A DNA stretch of 64,000 nt from an archaeon (GCA_024276825.1 JAJRWI010000042.1:32001-96000), one strand, 5' to 3'; shown: positions 10,203 through 22,029, counted from the first letter of the stretch. A program made the numbers and translations. The notes: generated from the letters alone by a model not told the origin.

Positions 10203-10240
10203 CTCTCTCTGTTCGATGCGTGATCTTCGAAAAAAGGTTT

Positions 10241-11308
10241 CTAATAGACCTGAATCACCCAGCCTCTAGTATCTTCAATCTCACCACATTGGATTCCCAT
10301 CAGTTCTGTTAATACTCTCTTTGCAGTATCTCCAGTCTTGTTTCCATTTATAATGTACTCATTGCCCTTGTATAGAAGGGAACCCACGGGAGCAACAACA
10401 GCAGCGGTGCCAACACCAAAGATCTCTTTGAGTCGTCCATTATTGATTCCCTCTATGACCTCATCGATGGACACCATTCGTTCTGAAACCTTCATTCCCC
10501 AGTCTCTGGTAATCTGAATGACGGAGTCACGAGTTATGCCCGGGAGTATAGTGCCCGTCAGTGGTGGTGTCACAAGCTCGTCCTCAAACAGAAGAAACAG
10601 GTTCATGGTCCCTGCCTCTTCAATATACTTGTGTTCAACTGCATCCAGCCACATGACTTGGGAACAACCCGCCTTAGCTGCAATCTCTCCTGCCAGAAGG
10701 CTTGCAGCATAATTTCCAAGTGTCTTTGCAAAGCCCACTCCGCCCTTTGCTGCTCGGGAGTATTTATCGCTCACGTAGATTTTTACTGGATTGAAGCCCT
10801 CTTTGAAATAGGGTCCAACAGGGCTGAGAATGATATAGAACAGATACTCCGTACTGGGCCTTAGACCAAGCTTTGGTTCCGATGCAATCATTGTGGGCCG
10901 AATATAGAGTGCCGTTCCTGGCTCTTGTGGGATCCAATCCTTATCAATCCGAACCAGTTTCTTCAAGGCCTCAACACAAAAATCAACATCGACCTGAGGC
11001 ATCACCATTCTTTTGGCAGAGTTGTTCAGTCGGCTAAAATTGTCCCGTGGTCTGAACAGGAAGACCTTGTCGCCCCGACGATAACCCTTCATCCCCTCAA
11101 ATATTCCCTGACCATAATGGAATATCAGAGCAGAAGGATCGAGTGATATGCTTTGATATGGCTGTATTCGTGGCGAGTGCCAGTGTTCATCAGAGTATTC
11201 CATGATAAACATGTGATCAGTATATACAGACCCAAAGGCCAGATTGACTGGGTCCTTGGGCTTTTCTTTGCGTTTATGTTCAGGAACCAAGTCGACCTCA
11301 ATTTCCAT
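10241..11308 (-). CDS. ilvE: Branched-chain amino acid aminotransferase
   Basis: FHYGQGIFEGMK, LYIRP, AKTLGNYAAS, EEAGTMN, ILPGITRDS, GTAAVVAP. Confidence 0.95.
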   Translation of the reverse strand: MEIEVDLVPEHKRKEKPKDPVNLAFGSVYTDHMFIMEYSDEHWHSPRIQPYQSISLDPSALIFHYGQGIFEGMKGYRRGDKVFLFRPRDNFSRLNNSAKRMVMPQVDVDFCVEALKKLVRIDKDWIPQEPGTALYIRPTMIASEPKLGLRPSTEYLFYIILSPVGPYFKEGFNPVKIYVSDKYSRAAKGGVGFAKTLGNYAASLLAGEIAAKAGCSQVMWLDAVEHKYIEEAGTMNLFLLFEDELVTPPLTGTILPGITRDSVIQITRDWGMKVSERMVSIDEVIEGINNGRLKEIFGVGTAAVVAPVGSLLYKGNEYIINGNKTGDTAKRVLTELMGIQCGEIEDTRGWVIQVY

Positions 11309-11414
11309 TTCGATTACCGACCTGTAGATAACATTCAACCATAAAAAGATAGGTTATGGTACAAATGCCTTATCTTTATTAGAAAATAAAATGTGAAACC
11401 TAGTAGTGATTATC

Positions 11415-11804
11415 ATGTCTGATGAGCAAGGCAACGATAAGCCAATTGGAACCGTGGAACTTGAGTTTGAAGTTGGAGACCTAGAACTTGAGATAAAGGG
11501 GCCTGCTGATGTGGTCGAGCGTATCTTCAAAGTGCTTATTGACAAGTTGGAGATTGCAAAAATCGAGATCACCCCAAAGGAGGAGTTTGATGAGTTCGAA
11601 TATGAGGGTGAAGAGGGGGAGGAAACACCTTTTGAACTTCATCAGAGAGAAGAGGAGTCATCACTCACAGAAGAACCTGAATCATCAACCGACAGCTTTG
11701 AGAGAACTCCATCCTTTGAGCCCACAAGACAGTCAGATGACTTTGACGAGCCAGGTTCTGACAAGCCCCCAAGCTGGGATGATCTCGACTTTGAGAGACC
11801 ATAA
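11415..11804 (+). CDS. Hypothetical protein: small N-terminal domain plus acidic disordered tail
   Basis: LELEIKGPADVVERIF domain, E/D/S-rich tail ending PPSWDDLDFERP. Confidence 0.7.
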   Translation: MSDEQGNDKPIGTVELEFEVGDLELEIKGPADVVERIFKVLIDKLEIAKIEITPKEEFDEFEYEGEEGEETPFELHQREEESSLTEEPESSTDSFERTPSFEPTRQSDDFDEPGSDKPPSWDDLDFERP

Positions 11805-11879
11805 TCGGTCATTTCTAAGAACTAGGCCTTAGAAAATCACTTAAGTTTGAAACCATGTAGATGGAGTGAGGACTGAACC

Positions 11880-12482
11880 ATGAGTCATTGGGAAGGCACT
11901 GAAGCAGATCCATACGATTTGGATCCAAAAGAGGTCCTGAGCCAATATAGCGTTGAATGGGTCGCCCTTCGAAAGTCCTATGAGGAACTCAAAAAGCAAC
12001 TCAATGAGATTCAACAAGAACTTGCTGAGCTTGACAGGAAACTTCATGATGGCGAAATCTCTGAACAGGAACATATGCGGCTTTACAAGGAAACATGGCT
12101 CAAGTCGACTCAGATGGTTCAAGTGAAGAGGGAGGTCGAGTCGAGGCTCTATGAGATTCAAAGAAAGATTCGTGCTGCCAATCAAGTTCTAAAGGAACAA
12201 GAAGCAGAACGCGAGCGGCGCGAGAGGATAGAGCAAGAGAAAACAAATGCCATGGTTGAATGGATGTCATTGAAGCAGGGATTCGACCTTGTCATCAACA
12301 GGAGGAAAGAGATCAACAGAGAGATGGACCTGCTCGAGATCCTTAGAAGAGAGGGTAAGATCTCCAATGAGGAATATAGAAGAAGACACCTTGAGCAGAT
12401 AAAGAGACTCGCAGAACTCAGGACTCTTGAAACAGACATCAGAAGAAGACTGGGAGAACTGCTTGAAATAATCAGAAGCTAA
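11880..12482 (+). CDS. Internally duplicated coiled-coil protein (two GxISxxE[YH] motifs)
   Basis: VEWVALRKSY...GEISEQEH vs VEWMSLKQGF...GKISNEEY; GAGG RBS. Confidence 0.8.
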   Translation: MSHWEGTEADPYDLDPKEVLSQYSVEWVALRKSYEELKKQLNEIQQELAELDRKLHDGEISEQEHMRLYKETWLKSTQMVQVKREVESRLYEIQRKIRAANQVLKEQEAERERRERIEQEKTNAMVEWMSLKQGFDLVINRRKEINREMDLLEILRREGKISNEEYRRRHLEQIKRLAELRTLETDIRRRLGELLEIIRS

Positions 12483-12510
12483 ATAACTTTTAGGAATAGA
12501 AAAAGTGGAA

Positions 12511-12526
12511 GACCCCCAAGGGGGTC
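12511..12526. terminator. Perfect inverted repeat between convergent genes
   Basis: GACCCCC-AA-GGGGGTC; U-rich tract follows on the minus (gdhA) strand. Confidence 0.6.
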
Positions 12527-12537
12527 ATATTCTGTTT

Positions 12538-14025
<1,488 letters not shown>

Positions 14026-14085
14026 TTAATATATAAGCTGAACAAGATTAATTAAAATGGCACATTGAAGAGGTGCAGACAAAGA

Positions 14086-14748
14086 ATGGAACCAATCGTC
14101 GATATGAACAAGATCACTGTTGCTTTCAGTTCTCCATTCCCAATTGAGTTCGGTCAACTGCAAGAGAGATTGTCTGAACATGGTTACAGTCAACCAACAG
14201 ATAAAGCACAGCGATTCAGATTTCTGGAGTCAGGTCAAGCAATTCCAATCAGCGTCTTGTCAAAAGATTCTTTTGAGCTTGCATATGACGAGCAACGAGG
14301 GTTTTTGTCAATAGAGTCAGAAGAGTTTAGCGATGAACTGGGTGCTGAACTTGAAAATGTAATAGAATCAGTGAATGATCTTCCAAACCTTGCCGCTGAA
14401 TTGAACTGGTACGAACTACACCTTGTTTGTCGAGTGCTTGGCAGCAAGCATCCTCTGGATAATATTGTTGCACCTTCAAAAGCACATTCATTATTTAAGA
14501 AGATCAGTGGACTGGATCCACGCTATTTCTCTAGGAGTTATTGCTCATTTTCAGGTGATTTGCCCAGCAAGCCACTCAATCAAGTAGTTGATTGGATACA
14601 TATCACAATGGGTGTCTTTGTGCCAAATCCAAAATACTATCAAATGCGATTCATCTGTCGGCGGGGAGATTTAGCAAAAGTAATAGAATTCTACAAAGCC
14701 CTTCCAAATATGATTAGGGAATTTTCCGCATCAGACGTCTGGGAGTGA
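14086..14748 (+). CDS. Hypothetical protein, first gene of AT-rich HEPN cassette
   Basis: GAGGTG RBS, 220-aa ORF, stop overlaps next start; weak resemblance to TIGR04255-type proteins. Confidence 0.65.
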   Translation: MEPIVDMNKITVAFSSPFPIEFGQLQERLSEHGYSQPTDKAQRFRFLESGQAIPISVLSKDSFELAYDEQRGFLSIESEEFSDELGAELENVIESVNDLPNLAAELNWYELHLVCRVLGSKHPLDNIVAPSKAHSLFKKISGLDPRYFSRSYCSFSGDLPSKPLNQVVDWIHITMGVFVPNPKYYQMRFICRRGDLAKVIEFYKALPNMIREFSASDVWE

Positions 14749-15575
14749 TACTAATGGCGAGCGCAATTCAGCATAGTAGTTCAACCTGTGCTGCTTGCCC
14801 AATTGGTAATAGTCTTGAATACAGCACATCTGGTGTAGAGAGTCAAGCTGATATTGGGACTGAATTAATAGATTCTGCAGAATTGGACCATCAGTTATCA
14901 TCAATTGACAATTATGAGTTCAATGTCGGAAGAATCCCCCATCCAATATTCAATAGAAACAATAACATGATTTTCATGAGATACTTATTACAAAACCAAA
15001 TAATGTCATTATTCACTCCATTTGAGTTTGATACAGATGCTGATTTTTCCCTCAGTCTGCCGCATCTTATTTCAGTTTCCATGATGACATTCAGCCCTAA
15101 CCAGGTCGAAGAGTTATTTCATAAGATTTTCTTTCGTACATTGCTTAATACTAGATTTTTGCCTCTCGAATTTCAAACATTAGAAATGCACTGGAAGAGT
15201 ACTACGAGTGACCAAAAAATATCGATTGATCTCACAACTAAAGAGTATTTGAGAAATCACCCGGTAATAGAAAGAACAACAAGGGCGATCATTCGGAAAC
15301 TGCAGGACCACCTCTATCTGAATCTCGAGGATTATGATTTCAAAGTGATGATGACTCAAGATCCTGAGTGTGATCAACCAGATGTAAGAATAATTGTTTC
15401 TACTGCTAAACTTGATTTCCAAGAGATGTTTGATATATGGGATGTATTAAGTGATATTGCTTTGAAAACGGTGCAGATGATAGGAGAATCCTTGAAACTT
15501 GGTAATGAGGAGATTGAAGAATTACTGGATATCATTACTGTTTCAATACAACCAAAGAGGTTCAGCGATGAGTAA
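14745..15575 (+). CDS. Hypothetical protein, possible antitoxin-like partner of HEPN (C-terminal DPE motif domain)
   Basis: 276-aa ORF overlapping both neighbours; FKVMMTQDPE..DVRIIV. Confidence 0.6.
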   Translation: MILMASAIQHSSSTCAACPIGNSLEYSTSGVESQADIGTELIDSAELDHQLSSIDNYEFNVGRIPHPIFNRNNNMIFMRYLLQNQIMSLFTPFEFDTDADFSLSLPHLISVSMMTFSPNQVEELFHKIFFRTLLNTRFLPLEFQTLEMHWKSTTSDQKISIDLTTKEYLRNHPVIERTTRAIIRKLQDHLYLNLEDYDFKVMMTQDPECDQPDVRIIVSTAKLDFQEMFDIWDVLSDIALKTVQMIGESLKLGNEEIEELLDIITVSIQPKRFSDE

Positions 15576-15945
15576 CTTGGAGTTCTTGCCAGAGGCTTTC
15601 CTCGACTTCTGCCAAAGACTATTGGAGAATAAGGATACTTTCGAGAATGAACCACTTTTTAGAACAATAATCAACAGATGCTATGTTGCTGTATATGTCA
15701 CTCTGAAGACAGAGTTATTAAAGAGGGGATATCAGTATTCTGATAATTATAAAGATTACAAGAAAGTTGAACGTGATGTCCGACGCGAATTCAAACGAAA
15801 TGGAAAGTGTATTCAAGATCAATTATCAACTCTTAGAGAGGCCAGAAAAAAAGTAGATTATGATTACCCATTTCCAGACCACCTTGATAGAATATATGTA
15901 GACTATTGCTTAAGTATTTCCCAAAAAATCTTGGCCAAAATCTAA
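15568..15945 (+). CDS. HEPN-domain protein
   Basis: RTIINRCYVAVY (cf. RsavSRaYYaaf) and LSTLREARKKVDY (RxxxDY). Confidence 0.8.
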   Translation: MSNLEFLPEAFLDFCQRLLENKDTFENEPLFRTIINRCYVAVYVTLKTELLKRGYQYSDNYKDYKKVERDVRREFKRNGKCIQDQLSTLREARKKVDYDYPFPDHLDRIYVDYCLSISQKILAKI

Positions 15946-16098
15946 TTCTTGTGAGTTCTATTATTGAAAATGCTCCTGTTGTTCAATAATAAATTGCATG
16001 GGACTAATTTGGTGTTTTGCCACTTTCTTTTTGAGTCAGTTTGATGTGAAGCGAAAAGTCATTAGACTAGACCCTATCATATTTGCGCGCTGATAATC

Positions 16099-16740
16099 AT
16101 GCCGACATTTGAGAATGAGTGGATCAGTCCTATTCTTGAGGTATTCAAGAGAGAGAAGATAACAGGTCAATATACGATAGTTCTTGGGCTGAACCCCTTG
16201 GGGCAGGCGGTGTGCAGAAGCATCTATGATGAGAGGACCTTTGAAACTGTGCTAGTCTTCAACTCACCATCATTCTCCACATGGAACAGATATCCAGCGG
16301 GACTAAAGGCGCCTGTCATACCAGTCCATGGAATGGTGAATGATGACTTAATGATGATCTGGGGAGACATCTTTGTGAAAGATTATGAGTGGGTGACGGA
16401 TTTATTATTCTATATTCGAGGCAATGTTCCAACGAGGTTCATTCTTGCATTCATGAGCCATGATGGCCCCACATGTGGCGTTGCGATATCAAAGAAGGGG
16501 AACAGGTTGCTAGACAGAATGGGCGTGCAGCCAGGATATTCTGACTTTTATGATGGCCTTATAGCACCATTGATGAGTGTGGGACAAGTGGCAGGCCTTG
16601 ACCCAGTTGTGATATTTCTGGAACAATATCCAGGACAAGAGATCATATATCAAATCGACGATATAGCGGTGGGAAATGTCGATATCGAGAGAATCAGAGA
16701 ATATCTCAATAGCGGCTTGGATTTAAAGCTTGATGACTGA
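16099..16740 (+). CDS. Hypothetical protein, possibly divergent PAC2 (proteasome assembly chaperone)-like
   Basis: YTIVLGLNPLGQAV and DGLIAPLM resemble PAC2 patterns; divergent. Confidence 0.5.
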   Translation: MPTFENEWISPILEVFKREKITGQYTIVLGLNPLGQAVCRSIYDERTFETVLVFNSPSFSTWNRYPAGLKAPVIPVHGMVNDDLMMIWGDIFVKDYEWVTDLLFYIRGNVPTRFILAFMSHDGPTCGVAISKKGNRLLDRMGVQPGYSDFYDGLIAPLMSVGQVAGLDPVVIFLEQYPGQEIIYQIDDIAVGNVDIERIREYLNSGLDLKLDD

Positions 16741-16745
16741 TAGGA

Positions 16746-17489
16746 TCATTTAGATGGAGAAGTCTGACCGTATCCAGTTCGGTCAAAAGTGGTCTCATCG
16801 CACTTCTCACAAAAATGATCTGATTCGTGTTCATGAGCAAGTTGTTGGTCGCATTCTGGGCACATCAGAGCGCGGGTTGTCTTTACATTAACAATTTTGC
16901 CACAGGAAATACAGGCCCACAGACCTGCCTGCAATAGCCGAATCTTGCGATAGATGGTTCGTGCCATTTCTTTTAGTGAAACAGGACAATCATCAGCGAC
17001 ACCTACAATACCATCTCTTGACCATTTACATATCAGCGAGACCAGAGTAGTGAGCAACTCAATCATTCGAGTGGTCGCAAGATCAATGTCATCAGATGTT
17101 TCACACTTGGTGTCCTTAATTGGCTGCTCGACTTCATTTAGTAGTTCAAGAAAGGACAGAAAGGCAGGGACTGGGAGCCTGTCCTTACCTTTGGCTTCGA
17201 CCATTCGTGCCATTACAGCAGACATCATCAGAGTCTGCGTGTAGTCCTCACGGAGAATGCGTTTTGCCTCCGCCACTATCTTTGTCGCGCTAAGCCTGTA
17301 TTCATCTGGGTCAAGTTTAAACTCTTCAGCAATTGCTCTTATTGCCTGTCGCAGGTCTTTACCCTCAAGCATTGCATCATTGACTTTGATTGCAATGTTT
17401 CTATAGGGCACACCTGTTTCATTAGAGATCAACTGCAGTATTTCACGAGCAGTAAGAGCCAATTGTATCATCATGTCCCGTGGTGGCAT
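16746..17489 (-). CDS. Hypothetical helical protein with C-terminal zinc ribbon(s)
   Basis: CISC...CPEC and HFCEKC. Confidence 0.7.
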   Translation of the reverse strand: MPPRDMMIQLALTAREILQLISNETGVPYRNIAIKVNDAMLEGKDLRQAIRAIAEEFKLDPDEYRLSATKIVAEAKRILREDYTQTLMMSAVMARMVEAKGKDRLPVPAFLSFLELLNEVEQPIKDTKCETSDDIDLATTRMIELLTTLVSLICKWSRDGIVGVADDCPVSLKEMARTIYRKIRLLQAGLWACISCGKIVNVKTTRALMCPECDQQLAHEHESDHFCEKCDETTFDRTGYGQTSPSK

Positions 17490-17585
17490 GTTCTTCTTGG
17501 GCACGAGGCATTTTAGGTTTATTGCAAATAACATTCAGAGGGAAACACCAATTAGGAACAGTGTTATTCTCTACTTGGTGGCAAT

Positions 17586-18131
17586 ATGTTCCTCTCCGAT
17601 AATGATATGAAGAAAGCCATGGATAGCGGTGAGATAAAGATAGACCCATTCATTCCTGAGGCCATAGGGCCATGCAGCATCGATCTCAGACTAGACAGCG
17701 TATTTCGAGTCTATGATCCGGGACCACCAGTGGACTTAAGGAATGAGAAAGATCTTACGAGGGGAACACGTTTGGTAGATACCGAGGGAGATCCATTTCT
17801 GATTCTCCCAGGTCAATTCATCCTCGGACAGACTATAGAGAAGATCTCGGTGGCACCCTCTTATGCGGGTCTACTTGAGGGAAAGTCAAGCGTGGCGCGT
17901 CTAGGAATAATCGTTCACTCAGCAGGACTTGTTAATCCAGGGACGGGAATGAAAAAGCCGGGTAAGTTGACTTTGGAAATCTATTGTATGAATCTCAGTC
18001 CTGTCTACTTGTATCCAGAAATGCAGATTGTGCAGATCATGTTTGTCCCGCTTTCCAGCCCATCGGGCATGGGATATGATGAGAGAGAAAGCAGTCTTTA
18101 TGTCGGTCAGGAGAGGCCAGAGGTTCGCTAG
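17586..18131 (+). CDS. dcd: dCTP deaminase
   Basis: LSD.D, IGPCSIDLRL, EGKSSVARLG, VNPG, TLEI, YVGQ. Confidence 0.92.
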   Translation: MFLSDNDMKKAMDSGEIKIDPFIPEAIGPCSIDLRLDSVFRVYDPGPPVDLRNEKDLTRGTRLVDTEGDPFLILPGQFILGQTIEKISVAPSYAGLLEGKSSVARLGIIVHSAGLVNPGTGMKKPGKLTLEIYCMNLSPVYLYPEMQIVQIMFVPLSSPSGMGYDERESSLYVGQERPEVR

Positions 18132-18224
18132 AAAAATATGTGCGATACGGAGATTATTTAAACAAGTGACTTGTCAGCGGGCTTGTTCACCATTAGCTCC
18201 TTCCCAGTCCAGGCGGTCACATGA

Positions 18225-19232
18225 ATGAAAGAGTATGATGTTATACTTGCAAGTGGTGCTGAGCAGCTGAAAAAAAGATTTGAAAAACTTGGCTATCGCG
18301 TATTCACCTGTGAGATGAACTATGATGGGCGTCGAATGTTCCCCAATGCAGACATTTACGTTAGAATTGCAGATGTGGAAAAACTCTCAGGAAGAAAAGT
18401 CATTGTAGTCCAAAGCTGCACGGGGTCTGGTCCTTCGGAGAGCGAGTTCTACACAACATCTGACAGAGTTGTGGAACTGCTGCTTATACTGAGTATTCTT
18501 AATGATCCAAAAGGTGTCAATGAGGTTGGACATAAGCAATACGAGAGTTTTGATATTGAACCGCCCAAGCAAGTTGATGTTGTTCTCACATTCCAGCCAT
18601 TTGCCCTGCAAGACAAGGCGTTCAAGACCGGTGAAGCGGTTTCCAGTAGGTGGGCACTTTATGCAATTGCTGATCAATGTGATAAAATATGGATTGTCAA
18701 TCCTCACGCTCCTGAGAGTATAGATTGGGTGAGGGAGCTGATAAAGAAGGACGAGCTTGAGATAATTGATGTCACCCCAGACTTGATTAAATTTGGTGCG
18801 GAGAAGTTCTGCTATGATGATTATGTTGTGGTCACCCCTGATGAGGGTGGTCAGGAGCGCTTTTCATGTGAGGGGTTTGGAAAGAAGAGAAGCAACTCAT
18901 ATGCGGTTGAGCTCTCTGGCGAACTGGATGTCAAGGGCAAGAATGTCATTGTGATCGATGATCTTACAAAGAGCGGAAGCACACTTCTCGAAACCAAGGA
19001 GAGGCTCCTTAATCTTGGAGCCAAGAGCGTAGGAATGGCAGTAGTTCATGTATTGCCACTCATTGAGAAGGGAGAACAGCTATTGGTCAATCTGATTGCA
19101 AAGAGTAAGGCCAGAATAGTCACCACCAACACTATCTATACACATGTGTTCTGTCAGGCATATCCCCATCTCTCATACAACATTGTTGACTCATTAGTCA
19201 AGATATTCAATGGCCAAAAGCAGGAGTCATGA
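18225..19232 (+). CDS. Ribose-phosphate pyrophosphokinase-like phosphoribosyltransferase (divergent)
   Basis: FPNADIYVRI, LQDKAFKTGEAVS, VVTPDEGG, VIVIDDLTKSGSTL. Confidence 0.75.
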   Translation: MKEYDVILASGAEQLKKRFEKLGYRVFTCEMNYDGRRMFPNADIYVRIADVEKLSGRKVIVVQSCTGSGPSESEFYTTSDRVVELLLILSILNDPKGVNEVGHKQYESFDIEPPKQVDVVLTFQPFALQDKAFKTGEAVSSRWALYAIADQCDKIWIVNPHAPESIDWVRELIKKDELEIIDVTPDLIKFGAEKFCYDDYVVVTPDEGGQERFSCEGFGKKRSNSYAVELSGELDVKGKNVIVIDDLTKSGSTLLETKERLLNLGAKSVGMAVVHVLPLIEKGEQLLVNLIAKSKARIVTTNTIYTHVFCQAYPHLSYNIVDSLVKIFNGQKQES

Positions 19233-19308
19233 TCGATCGGATAGCCAGTGAAAAGACATAATTGCATACTGGCCAGTCAATATTCATTGGAGAGAGTGGT
19301 GATTTATA

Positions 19309-20907
19309 GTGGTCAGACAATTAGCTCTAAAGTTCTTGTATCGGAATACTTCTTCTGGGATAAAGACTGCAAGCGATAACATGTCGCTTGCGATTGCATT
19401 TGCTCTTGTCGAGTCAAAGCGTGAAAGCAAGAAAATAACGGGAATGAGTTTCATCTCTCTACCATTCTGGGCAGTTCAGGTTTCTGAAGCAAGTTCCATT
19501 ATTTTGAATGCTTTTGGTGAAACTCAGAAACCATTCGAACTCACTGAGAACACAGCATTGGGATCAGTAAAGCGTTTGCTGAGTTCTGAAACAACAGATG
19601 CAAAGGCCATTCCTGAAGTTGTCAATAAGGCACTTCCACTTCTGGGCAAGATTGAGAAGAATGTGAAGTACATTAGAAATCTCGAGTCCCCGCACGAGCT
19701 TGCAGCATTGGGTTCAAACTTTGTTGAGATAGAGCCGGGTGTCTTTCCAAATCGCCTGGACACAAAACTCACATCGCAGGACGCATTGCAAATAAGTGAG
19801 GGATTTCAATCAATGGTGCAGACGGCCATTACAAAGATTGGAAGTCTGGAGGAGATTCAAAAGATTGCAAAAGACCAGTTAGAGGAAAGGCTTGTGACTC
19901 TTGAGAATGTGATTTTGTCAGAAAAGCAAAGGTGGGAGAAGAGGGCACGAACTCAAGAGGAGATTGAGGGATTAGAGATAGCTGAATTGACAGAAAAAAA
20001 GAGGGATCAACAGTACAAGATTGAAGAGAACTACAGGATTGCCAAACGTGTATTGACATCTGAATTTGCAAGAGATACGAGTGATCTAGAGATGTTTTTC
20101 TCGGGAATACTTGGAAGGATTCAAGAGGCTAGACTAGAAATAGGCCACAAGGCTGATGATTTCAAGGGTGCTGTTGAACTGTTCAAGCAACTGATCGAAG
20201 AACTCAACTCGCGAGTTCCCGAGTATAAGAAAGCAGTAGAGAAGATTCTTGAGAAGAGCGAGGAGATGCTTAACAAGTATCGTGAACTTGAACAAAATAT
20301 GGTGGCAGAGATGGAAGAGATTGCACGGTCGTTTGATTCTCAAATACGAGATAAGAAGCATAAACTTGTAGAGTTTAATATGGAGCGAAATAAGACTGAG
20401 ATAGAATTGGACGAGTTGCATGAACGAGTTGTTTCTGCAGTTAGGGGTATCCAAAGAGAATTACAGCGGCGATTGGATGAATTGCAGATGGAACTTAAAA
20501 GCATCAAAGAGTTCACATTCAGCAATGACCTAATCCCAAAGCTAGCACCTTTGACGATGGTAGATATTGAGATTGTAACGGTTGTCTTCAATAATGGTGA
20601 AGTTACTACATTCCCACCAATGTTAGCACCAAATGATCGCTTTGGAATACCACTAGAAACCAAGAGCCTGTCTGATGGTTTTAGCCAATATCTCAAGGAG
20701 TTAATCACCAGTATGAAGGGGAGCAGTCCAACATTCGAGAGGTCCTTGAAAATGGCAGTTGATTCTGCAAACCTGCTGAAGAAGGAAACTGGACTTGAAG
20801 AGCTAGCGAGTGGTCTTAATGAACTTCAGATGAGTCAACTATTGAAGGAGGGCGTGAGGGAGATGCTGATTGCAAGGTGGGAGGAATATGGAAAGATGGA
20901 GGAATAA
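19309..20907 (+). CDS. Long coiled-coil hypothetical protein
   Basis: 532-aa ORF, central ~250 aa heptad-rich. Confidence 0.8.
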   Translation: MVRQLALKFLYRNTSSGIKTASDNMSLAIAFALVESKRESKKITGMSFISLPFWAVQVSEASSIILNAFGETQKPFELTENTALGSVKRLLSSETTDAKAIPEVVNKALPLLGKIEKNVKYIRNLESPHELAALGSNFVEIEPGVFPNRLDTKLTSQDALQISEGFQSMVQTAITKIGSLEEIQKIAKDQLEERLVTLENVILSEKQRWEKRARTQEEIEGLEIAELTEKKRDQQYKIEENYRIAKRVLTSEFARDTSDLEMFFSGILGRIQEARLEIGHKADDFKGAVELFKQLIEELNSRVPEYKKAVEKILEKSEEMLNKYRELEQNMVAEMEEIARSFDSQIRDKKHKLVEFNMERNKTEIELDELHERVVSAVRGIQRELQRRLDELQMELKSIKEFTFSNDLIPKLAPLTMVDIEIVTVVFNNGEVTTFPPMLAPNDRFGIPLETKSLSDGFSQYLKELITSMKGSSPTFERSLKMAVDSANLLKKETGLEELASGLNELQMSQLLKEGVREMLIARWEEYGKMEE

Positions 20908-20926
20908 GCTTGAAACGTTATGCTTC

Positions 20927-21154
20927 CTATTCAGTAATGTAGGGCTCTGCCTTGGATGTTGCAATCCAAGCCTTCTTTGAATGGCGCTCCACAAGTTTCT
21001 CCTTTTCCAGTCTGACCAGTGCAGAAACAACAGTATTCTGATCACATTCAATGCCTTTGTTCTTCAAGATCCTGGTCAGAGCTGAAGGTCTATGACTGTC
21101 CTTGATTATTAATTTCAGGACCTCGAGCTCAATCGATGAGAGTGATTCGACCAT
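20927..21154 (-). CDS. Small winged-helix protein
   Basis: LSSIELEVLKLI...VVSALVRLEKEKLVER...WIATSKA. Confidence 0.75.
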   Translation of the reverse strand: MVESLSSIELEVLKLIIKDSHRPSALTRILKNKGIECDQNTVVSALVRLEKEKLVERHSKKAWIATSKAEPYITE

Positions 21155-21280
21155 ATTTACCACTTTGTGAGGTTCCTCGAGAGATTCTTTTAAGCATATC
21201 TCTCTGGATAAAGCAATGTATGGCCTAATGCACAAGCAATTTATTCAGACCTTAGCGTAATCAAATGGGATGCAAGACTT

Positions 21281-22024
21281 ATGAGCGAAGAAAGAGAATA
21301 TCATATTGGAATTGCATTGGGTGAGATCCCACCGCTTGTTCTTCTTCCAGGCGATCCGGACAGGGCGCGAAAGATTGCCGAGAGTTTTTTTGAAAATGCC
21401 AGAGAGATCGCTAAGAACAGGGAATATTGGAGTTTCAAGGGCGAGTATAATGGAGTTCCAGTTGCAGTATGCTCTACGGGCATAGGATGTCCATCAGCAG
21501 CAATTGCGATTGAAGAGCTGATACATGTAGGATGCAAGGTCTTCATCCGTGTAGGAACAGCAGGTGCTATCAACAGCTCGATTCAAGCAGGCGACCTGGT
21601 CATATTCACGGGTTCGGTCCGGGAGGATGGCACATCTAAACAATATGTGCCGATCAACTTTCCAGCAGTGGCAGACTTCGAGGTAGTGGAGGCTCTGAGA
21701 AAAGCGGCAGAAGACAGAGGTCTCAAGCATCATGTGGGCATTGGGCACAGCAAGGATGCATTCTACAGTGAGCACTCGGATTATACGACCGATCCATCTG
21801 GCACAAAGAAAAGATGGAACATCCTCAAAAGGAGTGGTGTATTAGCAACTGAAATGGAAGCGGCATCACTCTTCATAATTGGTCAGCTTAGAGGAGTCAA
21901 GGTGGGCACTGTATGTACTGTCATTGGTGAGCCTGTTGAGAAAGAGGCCAAGATCACCTTCAAGCCACCGATTGACAACATGATTCTGACGGCTCTTGAT
22001 GCATTGATATCATTTAAAGTGTGA
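21281..22024 (+). CDS. udp: Uridine phosphorylase / nucleoside phosphorylase
   Basis: LLPGDPDRA, STGIGCPSAAIAIEEL, IRVGTAG, REDGTS, EMEAA. Confidence 0.92.
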   Translation: MSEEREYHIGIALGEIPPLVLLPGDPDRARKIAESFFENAREIAKNREYWSFKGEYNGVPVAVCSTGIGCPSAAIAIEELIHVGCKVFIRVGTAGAINSSIQAGDLVIFTGSVREDGTSKQYVPINFPAVADFEVVEALRKAAEDRGLKHHVGIGHSKDAFYSEHSDYTTDPSGTKKRWNILKRSGVLATEMEAASLFIIGQLRGVKVGTVCTVIGEPVEKEAKITFKPPIDNMILTALDALISFKV

Positions 22025-22029
22025 GGAGG

